Shown in pieces: positions 1 to 16,531 of a DNA stretch of 64,000 nt. Both the position numbers and the translations under genes were made by a program. How positions within the stretch are numbered: the first letter of the stretch is position 1; the number at the start of each line of letters is the position of its first letter. This DNA comes from the human T2T-CHM13v2.0 reference genome, Homo sapiens: NCBI RefSeq assembly GCF_009914755.1, contig NC_060931.1. One strand, written 5' to 3'. A model generated the notes under the pieces. That model did not search any database. It saw nothing but the letters and a program-made list of their open reading frames with translations, and was not told where the DNA came from.

Positions 1-145
1 CCATGCCTGGCTAATTTTTTGTATTTTAGTAGAGACAGGGTTTCACCATATTAGCCAGGATGGTCTTGATCTCCTGACCTTGTGATCCTCCTGACTCGGC
101 CTCCCAAAGTGCTGGGATTACAGGCATGAGCCACCACGCCCAGCC
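1..145 (-). mobile_element. Alu (left arm; truncated by window edge)
   Basis: Reverse-complement Alu left monomer ending ...ccaccacgcccagcc at 145. Confidence 0.95.
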
Positions 146-1116
146 ACAAATGTGCTTTTTAACAGTGGCCTTCTATAGACAATAGACTCAGCTTCATTTT
201 CTTATCTGGGGTAGGGGGACTCCCCAGATGGCCATCAAAAGATGTATCTTAAGCCAGTGACTCATTGAAGCTCTTATTCCAGAACTTTGCATGGTCACTC
301 TAACTGCACCATTGAGTGGGCCCTGTTCTGTACAGGTGAGCTCACCCACATTAGCCAACTCTGATCAAAGATCAATAAGCAACCAAGAACTGGTTACTGC
401 TTAAACTTATAACAAGCAAGTATTCTAAATCCTCTTCTCTCACACAACTAAAGCTTTGGATAAGACTGCTCCTTGAAGAAGACAGTCTAACAGAACCAAC
501 AGAGGGTGTCTAGCCATCAAAGAACCAACCAATGGACCATCCCTTCAAAGCGGATTAATTCAAACTCATTCTCCAATGCCAGGGACCGCTTCCAAGTGTC
601 TCCATAGAAGTAGCCCTCACAGTCACCTGTGGCCTCTTGGGAGTTTCTCAGGATGTCACAGAAGGTTCACGGACTTGGGCCAAATATTATTCCATTCAGT
701 TTAGTTCATCTCTATTGAACCCTGCAGCACACCAAGCCCTGGGCCCTGGCAGGGCACACGGAGTTGAATGTGGCTTGTCCCTGCTCTTAAGGACCTCAGG
801 CCAGTGGGGCAGGTGTCACATTGAACAAATATACTTACTCTCACAAAGACATAGATTATGATGGGAGAAAGGAAGGGACTGGGAGAGTGTGGAGGGAAAT
901 GGGTCTGGCTTTAGTTCTCCCTCTCTGGTCCTAAAAGGGAGGTCCAAAATTAAATTCACTTGGAAACATGTGGGCTAAAGTTAACTTTTGCACTCTCTGG
1001 AGAGGTGTTTTCTAAAAACATTTAAAGCAAAACATTTTCAAAATGGGCCTTTATGACATCTATTAAGTAATGCATTTGTCAATTAGAGCTGTCTCCTATA
1101 TTCATTAAAGTTGAAA

Positions 1117-1410
<294 letters not shown>

Positions 1411-1639
1411 TCAAGTTGAATTTTGTAATCCCCTCTTTTTAGAATATTCTGCTAGCAATAAGTTCCTGTACTCTGTGGACAATAATACATTCCTTACTTT
1501 GTATTCATGTGACGCTTATCCATGTCCTGCTTTGTGGCATTCCTTTGTATTGTCTTGCTGTTGTTGTTGTTGTTGTTCTTCTTCTTCCTTCTTCTTTTTC
1601 TTCCTTCTTCTTTTTCTTCCTTTTGAGACTTTTGAACTT

Positions 1640-2030
1640 ACTCAAAATTAAACACAATAATATAATGAGCCGCCATTTAGCTATTCCCAGCACCAACTAC
1701 CATCAATTCACAGCCAATTGTGTCCTTTCTACATTCCCATTAACCTCCCTCCCTCCTGTATCATTTTGAAGCAAACTCCAGACATCACGTCATTTCATCT
1801 TACATACTTTATGTTCTAGAGTATGTATGTAGAACATAAAGGGTCTTTCTTTTTAACACAACCACAATACTATTATTATAACTAAGCCAAACAAAGAACA
1901 ATTCCTTAATATCATCAAATATTGTGTTCTAATATCTAATCATCTCCCAAATGTCATAAATGGTTGCTAGGTTCTTTTTCTAGTTTGTTAGAATCTGGTC
2001 CAACTAAGGTCTATGCATGGCATTTGACTA
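1640..2030 (-). mobile_element. Old L1M (L1MC/L1ME-like) 3' UTR fragment
   Basis: ttttgaagcaaactccagacatcacgtcatttcatc resembles the antisense of an old L1M 3' end. Confidence 0.55.
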
Positions 2031-2031
2031 A

Positions 2032-2054
<23 letters not shown>
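2031..2054. repeat. (AT)12 microsatellite
   Basis: Counted directly; abuts the L1 poly-T. Confidence 0.95.
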
Positions 2055-5033
<2,979 letters not shown>

Positions 5034-5807
5034 CTAGTTTGTTAGATTCTGGATCCAACTATGGTGCACAGATGGCATTTGACCAACATATTTTTAAATC
5101 TTTTTAGTCTACAGGTATTGCCTCCATTCTTTTTTATTTTCCTTGCAATTTATTTGAGTGTATTGTCTTTGAGATTGTTTTAAATTTCTTGCATGAGAGG
5201 AACTGGAGCTTGGAGGAGTTTATGAAATGATATAGAAGAAGGTATTTTTCTCTTTTTCATATTTGTCTTATTTTAGAAATATCCATTTGGGAGCTGAAAT
5301 GAAAACATCCACTTCCTCACTCCCAGTGTACCCAACTGAATATCATGACATCAATACAATCTCCTCAGGTCCATGGTTAGATAACTATTGTCTTCTTGAA
5401 AATCAACCCAGGATCCCAAAGGACCAAAATCACTGAGAGAAGGCCCCAGTCCAGGGAGCAACAGACAACAACAGGAGAACTTTTGGCATATTCATTCCGT
5501 TTGCATTTGCCTGTTTTCTTTCTCCTCTATGACTTCCAAGATCCCTCCCAAAGCGTGATTCTATGATTCTTGTAGAGTCTTAGGACATCTAAAACCCCCA
5601 GAAAAAACTTAACTGCCAAATTATTTCAGGAGAATAAAATACACCAGATGCCAGGCCAACTCCTTGAGCTTTGATGAATATAGATATTTGGCCAGTAGTG
5701 ATAAATGTGGAGAAACCTCTTTTTCCCTTCATCAATCACAATTGTTGGAATGCTATTATCTAGTTGACACACAGAGATCTCTGCAGTTTTCTAACTTTAA
5801 AAGTTTG

Positions 5808-6068
5808 GGCCAGGTGCAGTAGCTCATGCCTGTAATCTTGGTACTTCAGGAAGTCAAAGCAAGAGAATCACTTGAGGCCAGAAGTTTGAGACCAGTCTGA
5901 GCAACATAGTGGGACCCTGTCTCACCCAAAAAAATTTTTTAATATTAACTGAGCATGGTGATGCATACCTGTACTCCCAGCTACTTAGGAGGCCGAGACT
6001 GCAATGAGCTGTGATCTCACCACTGCACTCCACCCTAGGTGACAGAATGATACCTTGTTTAAAAAAAA
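5808..6068 (+). mobile_element. AluJ with internal right-arm deletion
   Basis: Diverged dimer; TSD aaaagtttg. Confidence 0.9.
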
Positions 6069-8514
6069 GTTTGTAAAAATCCTTGCAGGGGAAGAGCCCA
6101 AGCTCATGAGTTTGGGAGGGCCACACAACCTGTCCCAGAGTTCTGCCTAGGAATTGAGAGATATGGATCCTCACTCAGTCATTGCCACTCATGTGTAATT
6201 TGGTCTCACACACAACTTCCTCATTTGTGCAGAAGCCTCCTCAACCCAGCCTTCCAGACAATTATCAGCATTCAGTGAGAGTCAGTACAAAAGATGAAAC
6301 ACTTGCTATCCCTGGGCCAGAAGATCTCTCTAAGGCCTAAGGGCCCTGATGACTCTTTAAGCTTTTTCTTTTTACATTCCAAATCTTCTTTGCAAAGGCA
6401 ATTCTGATTTCAGTGGCCATTGGAGTTTCCCTCTCTGGAGGACTTCGTCTTGTTTCAGAGCTTGGCACCTGGTCGCTTCTCTCAGAGTCAGGAGCTCTCA
6501 TCCCTGGCAGGAACCAACCCCTGGCTTTCTCACTCTCTCAACACCCCAAAGCTCTTAAAGCCCTAGAAGGGTCCCAGGTAACTAACCACAGCTCCTTCAC
6601 CCACAAAGCAGTGCAGAAAGCCAGAGCTGGCTCAAGTAAAGGGAGTCCCAAGTGTGAAAGTCAATCTCCGCGAACATGAAAGCTGCCCTGGCAGTTAATA
6701 AGGGGAGCTCTGAGCTTCTGATTCTATGGGAAGGCAAGATGGCTGGGACCATCTCAGTCCAGAAGCAGGCTAAGCCTCCCTTAGCCCTCAATGCAGACTT
6801 AAATAGAAAACACGCAGCCCTGCCCAAGAGGGGCAGTGCACACTCCAAACATCCACTGCAGCAGCTCGCTAGGTTGAGAGGGTTTTGACTGAAACCAAAG
6901 AGAAGGCATCGTGGCACACACTCCTTGGAGTGTTACAGTGCCCCTCCCTTTTCTGCAATGTGTCCCCCACCATCCCCTCAAATCTTTCTCCGTTTCTGCT
7001 TCCCCCCAAATCCTATCAATTCCTCCCCATGTGTCAAGATCTAGCAAGATCCGACATAAATGGCACTACTCTCTCAGCATTCCCTCCTCTAAGTTCCCTT
7101 AGCAGTTTGTTCCTATTTCTAAGATAGTTTTTAATGTGCCATATCATAGTTATTTGTTTATTCACCTGCCAAGCTCCCCAGGGACAGGGACTATGACTTA
7201 TTTATCTTTGCAACTCCCTGGTTTGTCCCAGAGCCTGGCGAAAGGAAGGGACTCAACAAATGGCGACTGAATGAAAAATGCAATACATACTCTCTGAAGG
7301 AGCTGCAAGTTTTGATAAATATAGTAGATGGATTTTCTCAAAGCTCTCATTTAAGCTAAGATACAAATTTATTTCCAAAAGTTCTCCCATCATACTCTCA
7401 AATGTTAAAGTATAATCCATTTGGCTCTCATTTTTCATTTCACTGGGATGTGTTCCTCATTGAGAGAAAATCTACTGATAATATCTTGACAGATAATTGG
7501 ACAATAGGGGGAACCTATGCACAGAGTAGACAATGGAGAAACCAAGAAACACTTTTAGATGGAAAATAATTCTCAGCTCAATCAGAAAGTGGATGGATGA
7601 TCCATGAGGGATATGGTAGAGGACAGGGATAAAATGTCTGAGCAGAGGATCACCAAGGCTCCAGCCAACATTCAGGTTTTAGAACCCCAAGAAATCAGAA
7701 GTGCTTTCATCTAGGAAACTGGTTCACTGGCAAAGACCCCACAATGTCTTTTTCAGCAACATAGTGTTTCTCATGCACTCAGAGAGCAAAGAGAAAAAAG
7801 GTTGGCTCCTTGTTAATTACAATGATCTTGACTTGATGACAGTAAGAGAGAAATACTCGCTTAGTAAAACAAAACCTTGCTGCCTAGAAAGCTGTTAAAA
7901 GTGGACACAAGACCATGAAGACATGAGCCCTGAGTGAATTATAGTTGTTTCCTTAACCCAGGTGTTTTGAATTATTTAGAATCTCATTTAGATGGGCACA
8001 TTATAGAATTATATTCACAAATCATCGTGAAAATTATAAAATGTCTTCCAGCTCCTCTGGCCACAAAAGAAGTACCATGGACAGTCTGTCAAGAATCCCT
8101 TTGAAGGGAAACATCAGCCTCCTCACCCCTGCAAATTAGCTGATGGTCTGTTAGTTTATTTTATTTAATATGCCATGGTCACCTAATCACCTACTTCTGC
8201 TATTCCAGCCTTGATTTTTCAGATTTATATTGAATCAGTCGCATGTGCTTTTCATACATACAACTCATTTTCTTTACAAATGAACTATGAATAAGTGTAT
8301 TCCAGGCTGATTTCCATAGCTAAGAGAGTGAAATTCATCCCCGGGTTTGAAAAGCGAGAGTACAGTGCATGTGCACCAGATGAAGACTCCTCGAGGGGAC
8401 ATGCTAGATGAATGCCACTTATTTTTTGCCAAGATCTACACACACCACATCCTTCCTAATCTGGAAAAAGCCTGTCTTCACTTCTGAGCATATCATTTGT
8501 GTATAAAAACTTTA

Positions 8515-8814
<300 letters not shown>

Positions 8815-9187
8815 TTAAGTGACTGTGTTGTGGCTGAACAGTGTGCAATTCAGAGAAAATATAAAATAAAACACATTTGAATTTAAATTTCAGCCACCTT
8901 TTTAAAATAAGTTCTGTCTTCTTTCTGTTCTTTGCTCTGAGCACTAGTTTCAGAATGGAACCATTTTAACAGGAAACTCAACTAATGGACTTTGGAGGAA
9001 CTAAAATGTTGAGAAAGGCTTAGAAAGTGGGTATTCAAATAGAATTAGGCGGGCTAAACCGGGTGCCCAGCTCAGGGGGAAAGTTGTGAAATCAGCAGAT
9101 CCCTCAAACTCACTGTAACAAGCCCCCGTTCTGTTTCCCTACCTGGAGATGATTTTCAGGACCTAACACCAGCATTTCTTTATCTAT

Positions 9188-9203
9188 AGTGCCATCTGGT
9201 GAG
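9188..9203 (-). promoter_or_regulatory. Candidate CTCF site
   Basis: Minus strand reads cTCACCAGATGGCACT, 13/14 to CCASYAGRKGGCRS; motif only. Confidence 0.4.
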
Positions 9204-10104
9204 TACATGCCTTCACTGTGGTAACACGTAAATCACTGGAGCCTGCAACCTATCAATGGCCCTTCCAAGCTATCAGGTAGACATCAGCTGGCATTTTCCC
9301 GGGGTTTAGATCCTGCTCAGTGGGGAGGATCTGCATCTTTAGGCCCAAGATCTCAGAAGTGTCCAGCTTCATCTGGAGACTCAAAGTGTTCATGAGTTTG
9401 TGTCTTACATCTAATTTGCAATTCTAAAGTTTTCCAATTTGCAGGGGCACTTCCATGGGGCAGGCAGTGACCCCAGCAGAGGCCTGCTGACCTTATGCTC
9501 TGGACCGGAGAGCTACACTGTCTCCTAAGAGAAAGTGCCCGGCACTGCTCCCAGCACTGTGTTATCTTCTATTATGTTTGGCTTTCTGTTTTCCTCCTCC
9601 CCTTCCCACGCAGTGTCTGTCAAAATCTGTTCATTACAGGTCCACAACCTAACAAATATTCCCAAACCAAAACAAGACTTTGCCCATGCCCTCCAGAACA
9701 AGCTTGCCAAACACAAGAGTATCTTTCCTTCTGCAACCCCGACAGGCATGTTTGTTCTTCGGAACTTAATGTTGACTTCAAAAGACAGAAGGAATGGGAA
9801 TTGGAAACAAATAATTCTAAATATGCCAAATAGCAGCACAATATAATTAGACTCAAACAGCAGCCCCTCTCAAGCTGCAGTGTGTTCATTGGCAAGAGGA
9901 GTTGATAATATAGACCACAGCTCCTTCACAGGTTGTGGTAAGGATCGAATCAGAGCTCTATAAAGAACTCTGCTGAGCTCTGTAAAGAGACTAGACAGCG
10001 GGCAAGTAGGGGTGTGGAAAGTGGGGCAGAGACTGTCTTGAGCCTGCATGGATAACTCTGCATCCCCAGAGTCAGGAAGAGAGCTGGGCACATGCAGCAC
10101 AACC

Positions 10105-10278
10105 AACAGTCATTGAGCACTACTGGGTGCAGGGAGTGTTGTAGTCTTCACCGTTCTATGAATGAGAACTTACTATTGTTCCCATTTTACAGGTGAGGAA
10201 ATTGAGACACAGGAAAGGTAAGTAATTTGCTCAGGATCATATAGTTGGCAAATAGCAAAGTGGGGATTTCGATCCAGC
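10105..10278 (-). mobile_element. MIR (resumes ~11059-11095)
   Basis: cccattttacaggtgaggaaattgagacacag core. Confidence 0.75.
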
Positions 10279-10378
10279 ATTCCATATCTCCCTCTCCTGC
10301 TTTATTCTTCTCCATAGCATACCTCATCATCTCATCATCTAACATTGTGTGTGTGTGTGTCTGTGTGTGTGTGTGTGT

Positions 10379-10818
10379 GTAACAGTCTCTCTTCAACCAA
10401 ACTTTACTTAGGCTCTTCTGAGCTCTCTTCTCAGCTAGGCCTTGACCTTGGCTCCTGTCCTTGCTGGGCCTGCATCGAATCCTGCTAAAGTGGTTTAGTG
10501 AGAATCCCCACCCTTGATATCTGACGCCCTTGATATATGATCAAATTCCTCATCCCCCACCTTTGGTATATAAGCTTTTCACCTGCCTTCAGCAAAAATC
10601 CAGTTAAGTCAGTTTAGCAAGAATTTCTCTACCCTTGATGTCTCTTCCTAGTAACTTTTCATCCTCCGACCACCTCCCTTTCCCCGAACCCTGCTCCTTG
10701 GTTATAAATCCCCGTTTTTCCATGTTGTATTCAGAATTGAGCTCAGTTCAATACTGAGGTGTCTTTTCCCCTATTGCAATAATTTCTAAATAAAATCTGT
10801 GTTTAGTACTTTACTGTC
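10379..10818 (+). mobile_element. MER31-type ERV1 solo LTR
   Basis: accaaactttacttaggctcttctgagc...acccttgatatctga...tataaatcccc...aataaa resembles the MER31 consensus. Confidence 0.75.
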
Positions 10819-10889
10819 TGGCTCTCGTTCTCCTTAACGGTATGTATGTGTATATTATATGTGAATATATGTATATGTATATGTATATG

Positions 10890-11046
10890 ACTCATTTATT
10901 TTATTCATCATCTATCTTTCCCACTAAATTGTAAATCCTGAAGGCAGGAGACTTTGCCTGCCTTGTTGCCTCTATGTCTCCAATACCTACAAGAGTGCCT
11001 AGCACACATAGTAAGTGCTCGGTTAACATTTATTGAATGAATAAAC
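10890..11046 (+). mobile_element. L2 3' end
   Basis: gtgcctagcacacatagtaagtgctc...tattgaatgaataaa terminus. Confidence 0.8.
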
Positions 11047-12027
11047 ACATGCACGCATGAATCCAGCTCCAAAGCTTGCACTCTTAATCACTATGTTTTA
11101 TTGTGTTTCTATAAATGATCATTCTTTTTACCTTATTTAAATATAAATTGTATAAATGTAAGAGGCTGTCTTATTTTTTGACCCAAATCATTGTGGTCTC
11201 TTCTACTCCATTCGGCTCAATTTCCTCACTGTTCCCAGCACAACTGTTCCATTCTCATGGAAGAGCCTTTGCTCATGCAGTTCCTCCACCTGAAATGCCT
11301 TCCTTCCTCCCCAGCACCCATCCAAATCTCATCCATTCTTCAAGATCAACTCAAATGCCACCCCATCCAGGAAGTCTCCAATGCACCCACCCAAGCACAT
11401 CCATTCCTCCATTGACTCCTCCTATAATTACAGATGGGCTACATTTGCATTTATTTTAAACCAAGTATGGCCACCATACTTGATTGCAGATTTCTGGGAG
11501 AATAAGGACGATATCTTCCCTGACTCTGAATTCCACACCGAGCCCAGCAAAGGCCAGACTCTCCCTTGGTATTCAGTGGCCACCACTTAGAGGGCAGAGA
11601 CCAACTCTCAACTCACTCTCCTGATCACGGGACATGGGGGCTGACCAATCTGGAATGAAAAGAAACAATGAATGGGACATCTATTCTTACCATGAAACGT
11701 TAATTGTCTTTGCGATCTATAAAGTGTCTGGGAGCAAAACATGATTAGTAAGATGAGAGACCTAAAGCAAGCCCTCCACTCCTATCTGTTGTCATGGTTA
11801 CCATTATCAAAGATGGTAGTGAGAGATATCCAGTGGTTGTGAGAGGACAAAACACAAGTGAGGGCAGTATCACTTTTTCCTCCTTTGCCTCAAGGCAGAG
11901 GTCTTTCTCATTTTGTGAACCTGTGTGATCTGACTTCAAAGGGAAGCGGTGGAGAGTGTGCAGCGCTGCTCTGGTTCTTGTCCATTCAGATGCTGTAAAG
12001 CCAAAGCTTTGGAGGAGGAGGAGAAAC

Positions 12028-12204
12028 CTGGGGCCAGCTTCATGGGGTGTAACAGGTGGGATGGCACAGGGCTCCACTCTCAAAAGGGACCACACTTGGT
12101 TTTGATGCTGTTCTGACCCCATTTTGAAATTTGTACTAATTTACAAACAAGGGGCCCTGCATTTTCATCATGCACTGAGCCCAGCAGATTATGAGGCTGG
12201 TCTT
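12028..12204 (+). mobile_element. MER91A-like hAT DNA transposon
   Basis: gggccagcttcatggg...aacaaggggccctgcattttcat...gctggtcttg. Confidence 0.7.
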
Positions 12205-14479
12205 GAGGAAATCCTTTAGGAGATAGAAAGAAAAGTATATTTGCTTCTGCTCTCTGAAGACATAAAATTTCCCTGTCTAAACTCAAAGACTTGGGATCGG
12301 AAAATATGAAGACAAAGGCAATAGAAACCCATGAGGTGACCTAATAATAACAACAACAGCAGCAGCTAACACTAAGTGAGCACTTACTGTATGCTAGGCA
12401 CGGTTGAAGAGCTTTATGGGTACGAATTCATTTAATCTTAAAAACAATCGTAGGAAGGAGGTATTAGCTCTATCCTATTTTACAGGCATGGAGGAAAGGG
12501 GAGGATGGGGAGCGAAAAGAAGGGACTTATTTAACACACAACTATTAAGTGTGAGACACCATGCAGGGCACCTTCACACCCGAGGCCTCATTCAGTACTC
12601 ATAGCTTTGTACAGTTGGGGAAGCTGGGGTGAAGCCAACTGCGCAGGTTCTCACAGGTAGTAGGAGCTCAAGCAGGCATCCAGCTGAGTTCTGCCTCCAG
12701 GTCCTATCTGCAGTCTTTCACGGTAGGTGCAAAGGCAGGATGCCCTAAGATGTCTAATCCATGAGATGCTGGAGACAGCATTTAGAATCCCAGCCCCTTC
12801 ATCCCTGTCTGTAGAACCACACCCAAAGCAGCAGGATTATATGTCATCTTTGCTAATTAGAATGCTCTGGTTGGGTAGCTGTTTTTTGGATGGTTTATGA
12901 GTACAGCAATCCTTCTTTATTACATTTGCTAGGTGGCTGAATTTTTTAAGCAATATGTTGGGAAGTGACACACACCTTCCCACGCCCTGCGCGCACTGCC
13001 CCTGACCCTCGCACATGCCACGTATGCCCACCACTGGGCCTTTGCTCTCCTTGTGCCCTCTGCCCTTCCACCCTGGGGGAAATTGTGATCTCTGCCTCTT
13101 CAAGGTCCACCTCAGCTGCCCTTGGTGACACCTTCCTTAAGTCACCTGGGCAGCAGTGCCTCCTTCCTTTCCTGCCTCGTGCTCCCCTGGCATTTTGTAC
13201 ATCTCTTTCTCATACCAGTGACCACGGTGCATCTCAATCATGTCCTTACCAATGCCGCTCTCCTCCCAAACAGCCTTCTCTCAGCCTGGCACCATGCAGG
13301 TACTCAGAAATATTCACTGGATAAAAAAGTAAATGTGTCTGCTCTTTACTCCTCAAGAACCTAGAAAGAGTTCAAGCCTAGGTTTCTTTAGTCCGTCATT
13401 CAACAGCATCTGTTTTGTGCCAGAGGCTGGAGCTGCAAAGATGGATAAATGGCTCTGCTCTGTGGAGACTGGCAAGTTAACATGCACTTTCAATGCAACA
13501 GAGTGAGTGCTACAACAGAGGGGCCGGAATGTGGCAGGAGCACAGAGGAGGGCGCTCCCCCAGGGCGGGGAGAACGATGGGGTCAGGCAAATTGGAAGAT
13601 GAGTAGGAAGGAGCTACCCAGATGGAGAGAAGAAAGATGTCCCAACCAGAGGGAGGATGTGTGTAATGCCTCAGAGGCGTGTGTGCATGGATGGAGTGTG
13701 TGTGTGGTGGTTGTACATGTGTGGGTGTGGGTGTATATAAGAGACATGGGGGGAGAATCTGGCTATCTTTCTTCAGGGGGTATCCTAGGGACAGTGTTCT
13801 GCATCCAACTCTGTTCAAAATGTTGCTTTGGATGCCTCATGCACCTTCTCTGAGTAGGTCACATCTCAGCCCTGTCTCTCTCAGTGGCTTTGGTCAATTA
13901 ATGTAGAATTTCAGTCACCAGGAGCAAAATATCCCCACTATTTTTTCCCTCACTTTGATCTCTTTATGTCTCAATTCTGCTGGATATTTTAAGCCACACA
14001 GTGGCCATCATAGATGGAGTTCAGCCTGAAAAGAGAGGAACACACAGCCACACAGATGTCCACTGCAGGTGATTTCGTGAGCAAAAGCCCAAATCCCAAC
14101 AGCAGGGCAGTAATCACCTGCCTGGGCCCTACACTTCTTGTACACACCCTCCTCTCCTGCCTTTTCTCAAAGGCAACAAGGAGCAGATGTCACGGTGAGA
14201 AAGCATCCTCACCAGAAGCAGCCCACGATGCCTCCTGCTTTGCTGATGCAGCGTCTGCTGCACTCCCCTGAGCAAACGCACTACACTCCAAAGGTGAAAG
14301 ATGAACTCAATGCAAAAGCAACTACAGTGTGGCTGGGTGGCACCTGGCAGTCAGGGGAAGACCCAAGTACACATGACCTTTATGGTGGATCATCCTATCC
14401 ATTCCGGAAGAGAAGCTGCTCACAGATGGGGGAGAAGAAGGAAGCCAATCACGAAGCAAATTCATTCACAGCAAACACA

Positions 14480-14860
14480 TAATAACAATAGCTAGTATCA
14501 ATAGAGCATTCACTGTGTGCCAAGCACCGTTCAGCTTCCTTTATAAATATAGTGACCACATAATTTATTGTCTAAGACAGGAACACCTTTGAAAGTGAAA
14601 GGGGGCATCTTTATTAGTATTTTTTAGAAAGGGGGCATATTTATTATTGTGACCACGGCAAAATCAGGGAACATCCTAGAACAAGCCAAAATGTATGATC
14701 ATCTCATTGTATGTAAGTGTAAGTTATTTAACCCCATAAGGTAAGTTTCATTATTAGCCCCATTTTCCAAATGAGGAAACAGTCTCAAAGAAGCTAAAAT
14801 AATGTGCCCAAGGCCACACAGCAAGTAACCAGCAGAGCTGGGATTCCAAGCCAGTGCATC
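14480..14860 (-). mobile_element. MIR interrupted by MER94-like element (~14550-14705)
   Basis: MIR core either side; gtgaccacataatttattgtc...gaaagtgaaagggggc is MER94-like. Confidence 0.65.
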
Positions 14861-15289
14861 TCCACCATGGTCCTCTATTGCCTTCTACAAAGCCTTGTGT
14901 TAAAACCCAGAATATTTCCTAGGATACAAAGGTCCCAAACTGTGAAGTGAAACCTAAATTAATCTGAACTGCTTGTAAAGTCAGGCTGAATCTCAAAATG
15001 TATTTAAAGAAATAACTTCGATTGCTTTCCACACTTACAGGAAGATTTCCAAGCAGTGTGTTTGAGGCTCTTCTTTTTAACAAATGGATCAGAATGATGC
15101 ATAAATGGCATATCAATTTCATTTAAATGAGTACTTCTAAAGTGCTTAAAATACTTTATTAAATAGATTAAACACCACACAAACACACATTTGTTTTTTC
15201 ACTATTAGCTGATGCTGTTCACACTGGCTGCTACTTAAAAGCTACTGATGGCAAGATCAGCACTTCCCTCATTAAAAATATATTTTTCT

Positions 15290-15560
15290 TGAAATTAACA
15301 ATACCTGTAAATAACAGGCAACATTTAATGACCACTTACTATGCCCCAGGATTTGTTTTATGTGTTTTACACATATTAACTTAGTTATTCCTCATAACAA
15401 TTCTATTGACTACATGCTGATATCATTGTCATTTTATAAATGGAGGAACTGAGGTACAGAGAGGCTGAATAACTTGCTCAAGGTTATTATATAGCTAATA
15501 AGTGACATCTGGGATTCAGCATCTGAACTCTCAAATCTACACTCACTGCAGCCACCCACT
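15290..15560 (-). mobile_element. MIR
   Basis: cattttataaatggaggaactgaggtacagagagg. Confidence 0.7.
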
Positions 15561-16531
15561 ATTATGAAAAGTGGATAAATGGAGTGTGGGTCTCCTGGAT
15601 GCATCTATTTGAGCAGGATTCCCCATTGAGGTTTCCATATCCTGCATTAGCTTACTGGGTACTGGAAAATGGTCAAAGTTAATTCTCAAAGTGATATTAA
15701 TTTAAATTCATTTTTTTAAGTACAGATCTGGTTAGCAAAAGGCTGACTAGAGGTGATTGGCGCACATCTCAACAAGAAGAAAGGACCAAGGCAACAAATA
15801 AACAGCTACAATTTGACAGGAGCGCCAGGAGGGAGAGTGCTAGAGTGTACCTGTGGTAACTGGAAGTCCAGGAGGGCAGCGTGGAAGCACTGGCCTCTGC
15901 AGCCCCATTTCCTCCACACGGATAAGATCTGCCTGGAGCCAGGACGGACTTCTCATGGTGTGAAAAAGGTAAGCAGAAGATCCCCACCAGCCCCATTACC
16001 ACTGCAAACACCTACAGCCCTTACTACCAGAGAATCCCACAGTCCTTGCAAGCCATGAGCCCAGTTTGGAGAACTGCTGGGAATTCACGCAGCTGCATCA
16101 CTCCAGATGAGGCGCACAAGGTGTGCACTCCCCACCCACTACTTATCTCCTGTAAGCCACTCTGCTAGAGCACAGCACCAACTTGAGACCACAGCCACCT
16201 CTGGAGTGTGCCCTCCTCTGGGGCCAGTAGCCGCTGCACCTCTCCAGCACTGGGGCTTCATTGTCATTATACCAATCCCACACTGGTAGCTGAATATCAC
16301 AACCCCAGCAGCATGGAGCTTGGGCCCAGGATGGGCTGTGACTCTGGTCCAGCACAGCAGGAAAATTAATTCCCATTACCCTTGCTTCTAGTCAGAGGAA
16401 CAGTCCGGCAGAACCTGCCCTTGATCTGGCTAAACTGCCGCATGCTTTCCTCAAGTGGGAGAGGCCTTCAAGCCTCTGAGCAGCTGACATGGTCCCAGTC
16501 CAGCAGAGCAGCTATATGCCTACACTCAGAG

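Noticed and set aside
9495-9895. Four overlapping ~100-aa ORFs
   Set aside because: No recognisable domain or convincing splice structure; consistent with chance
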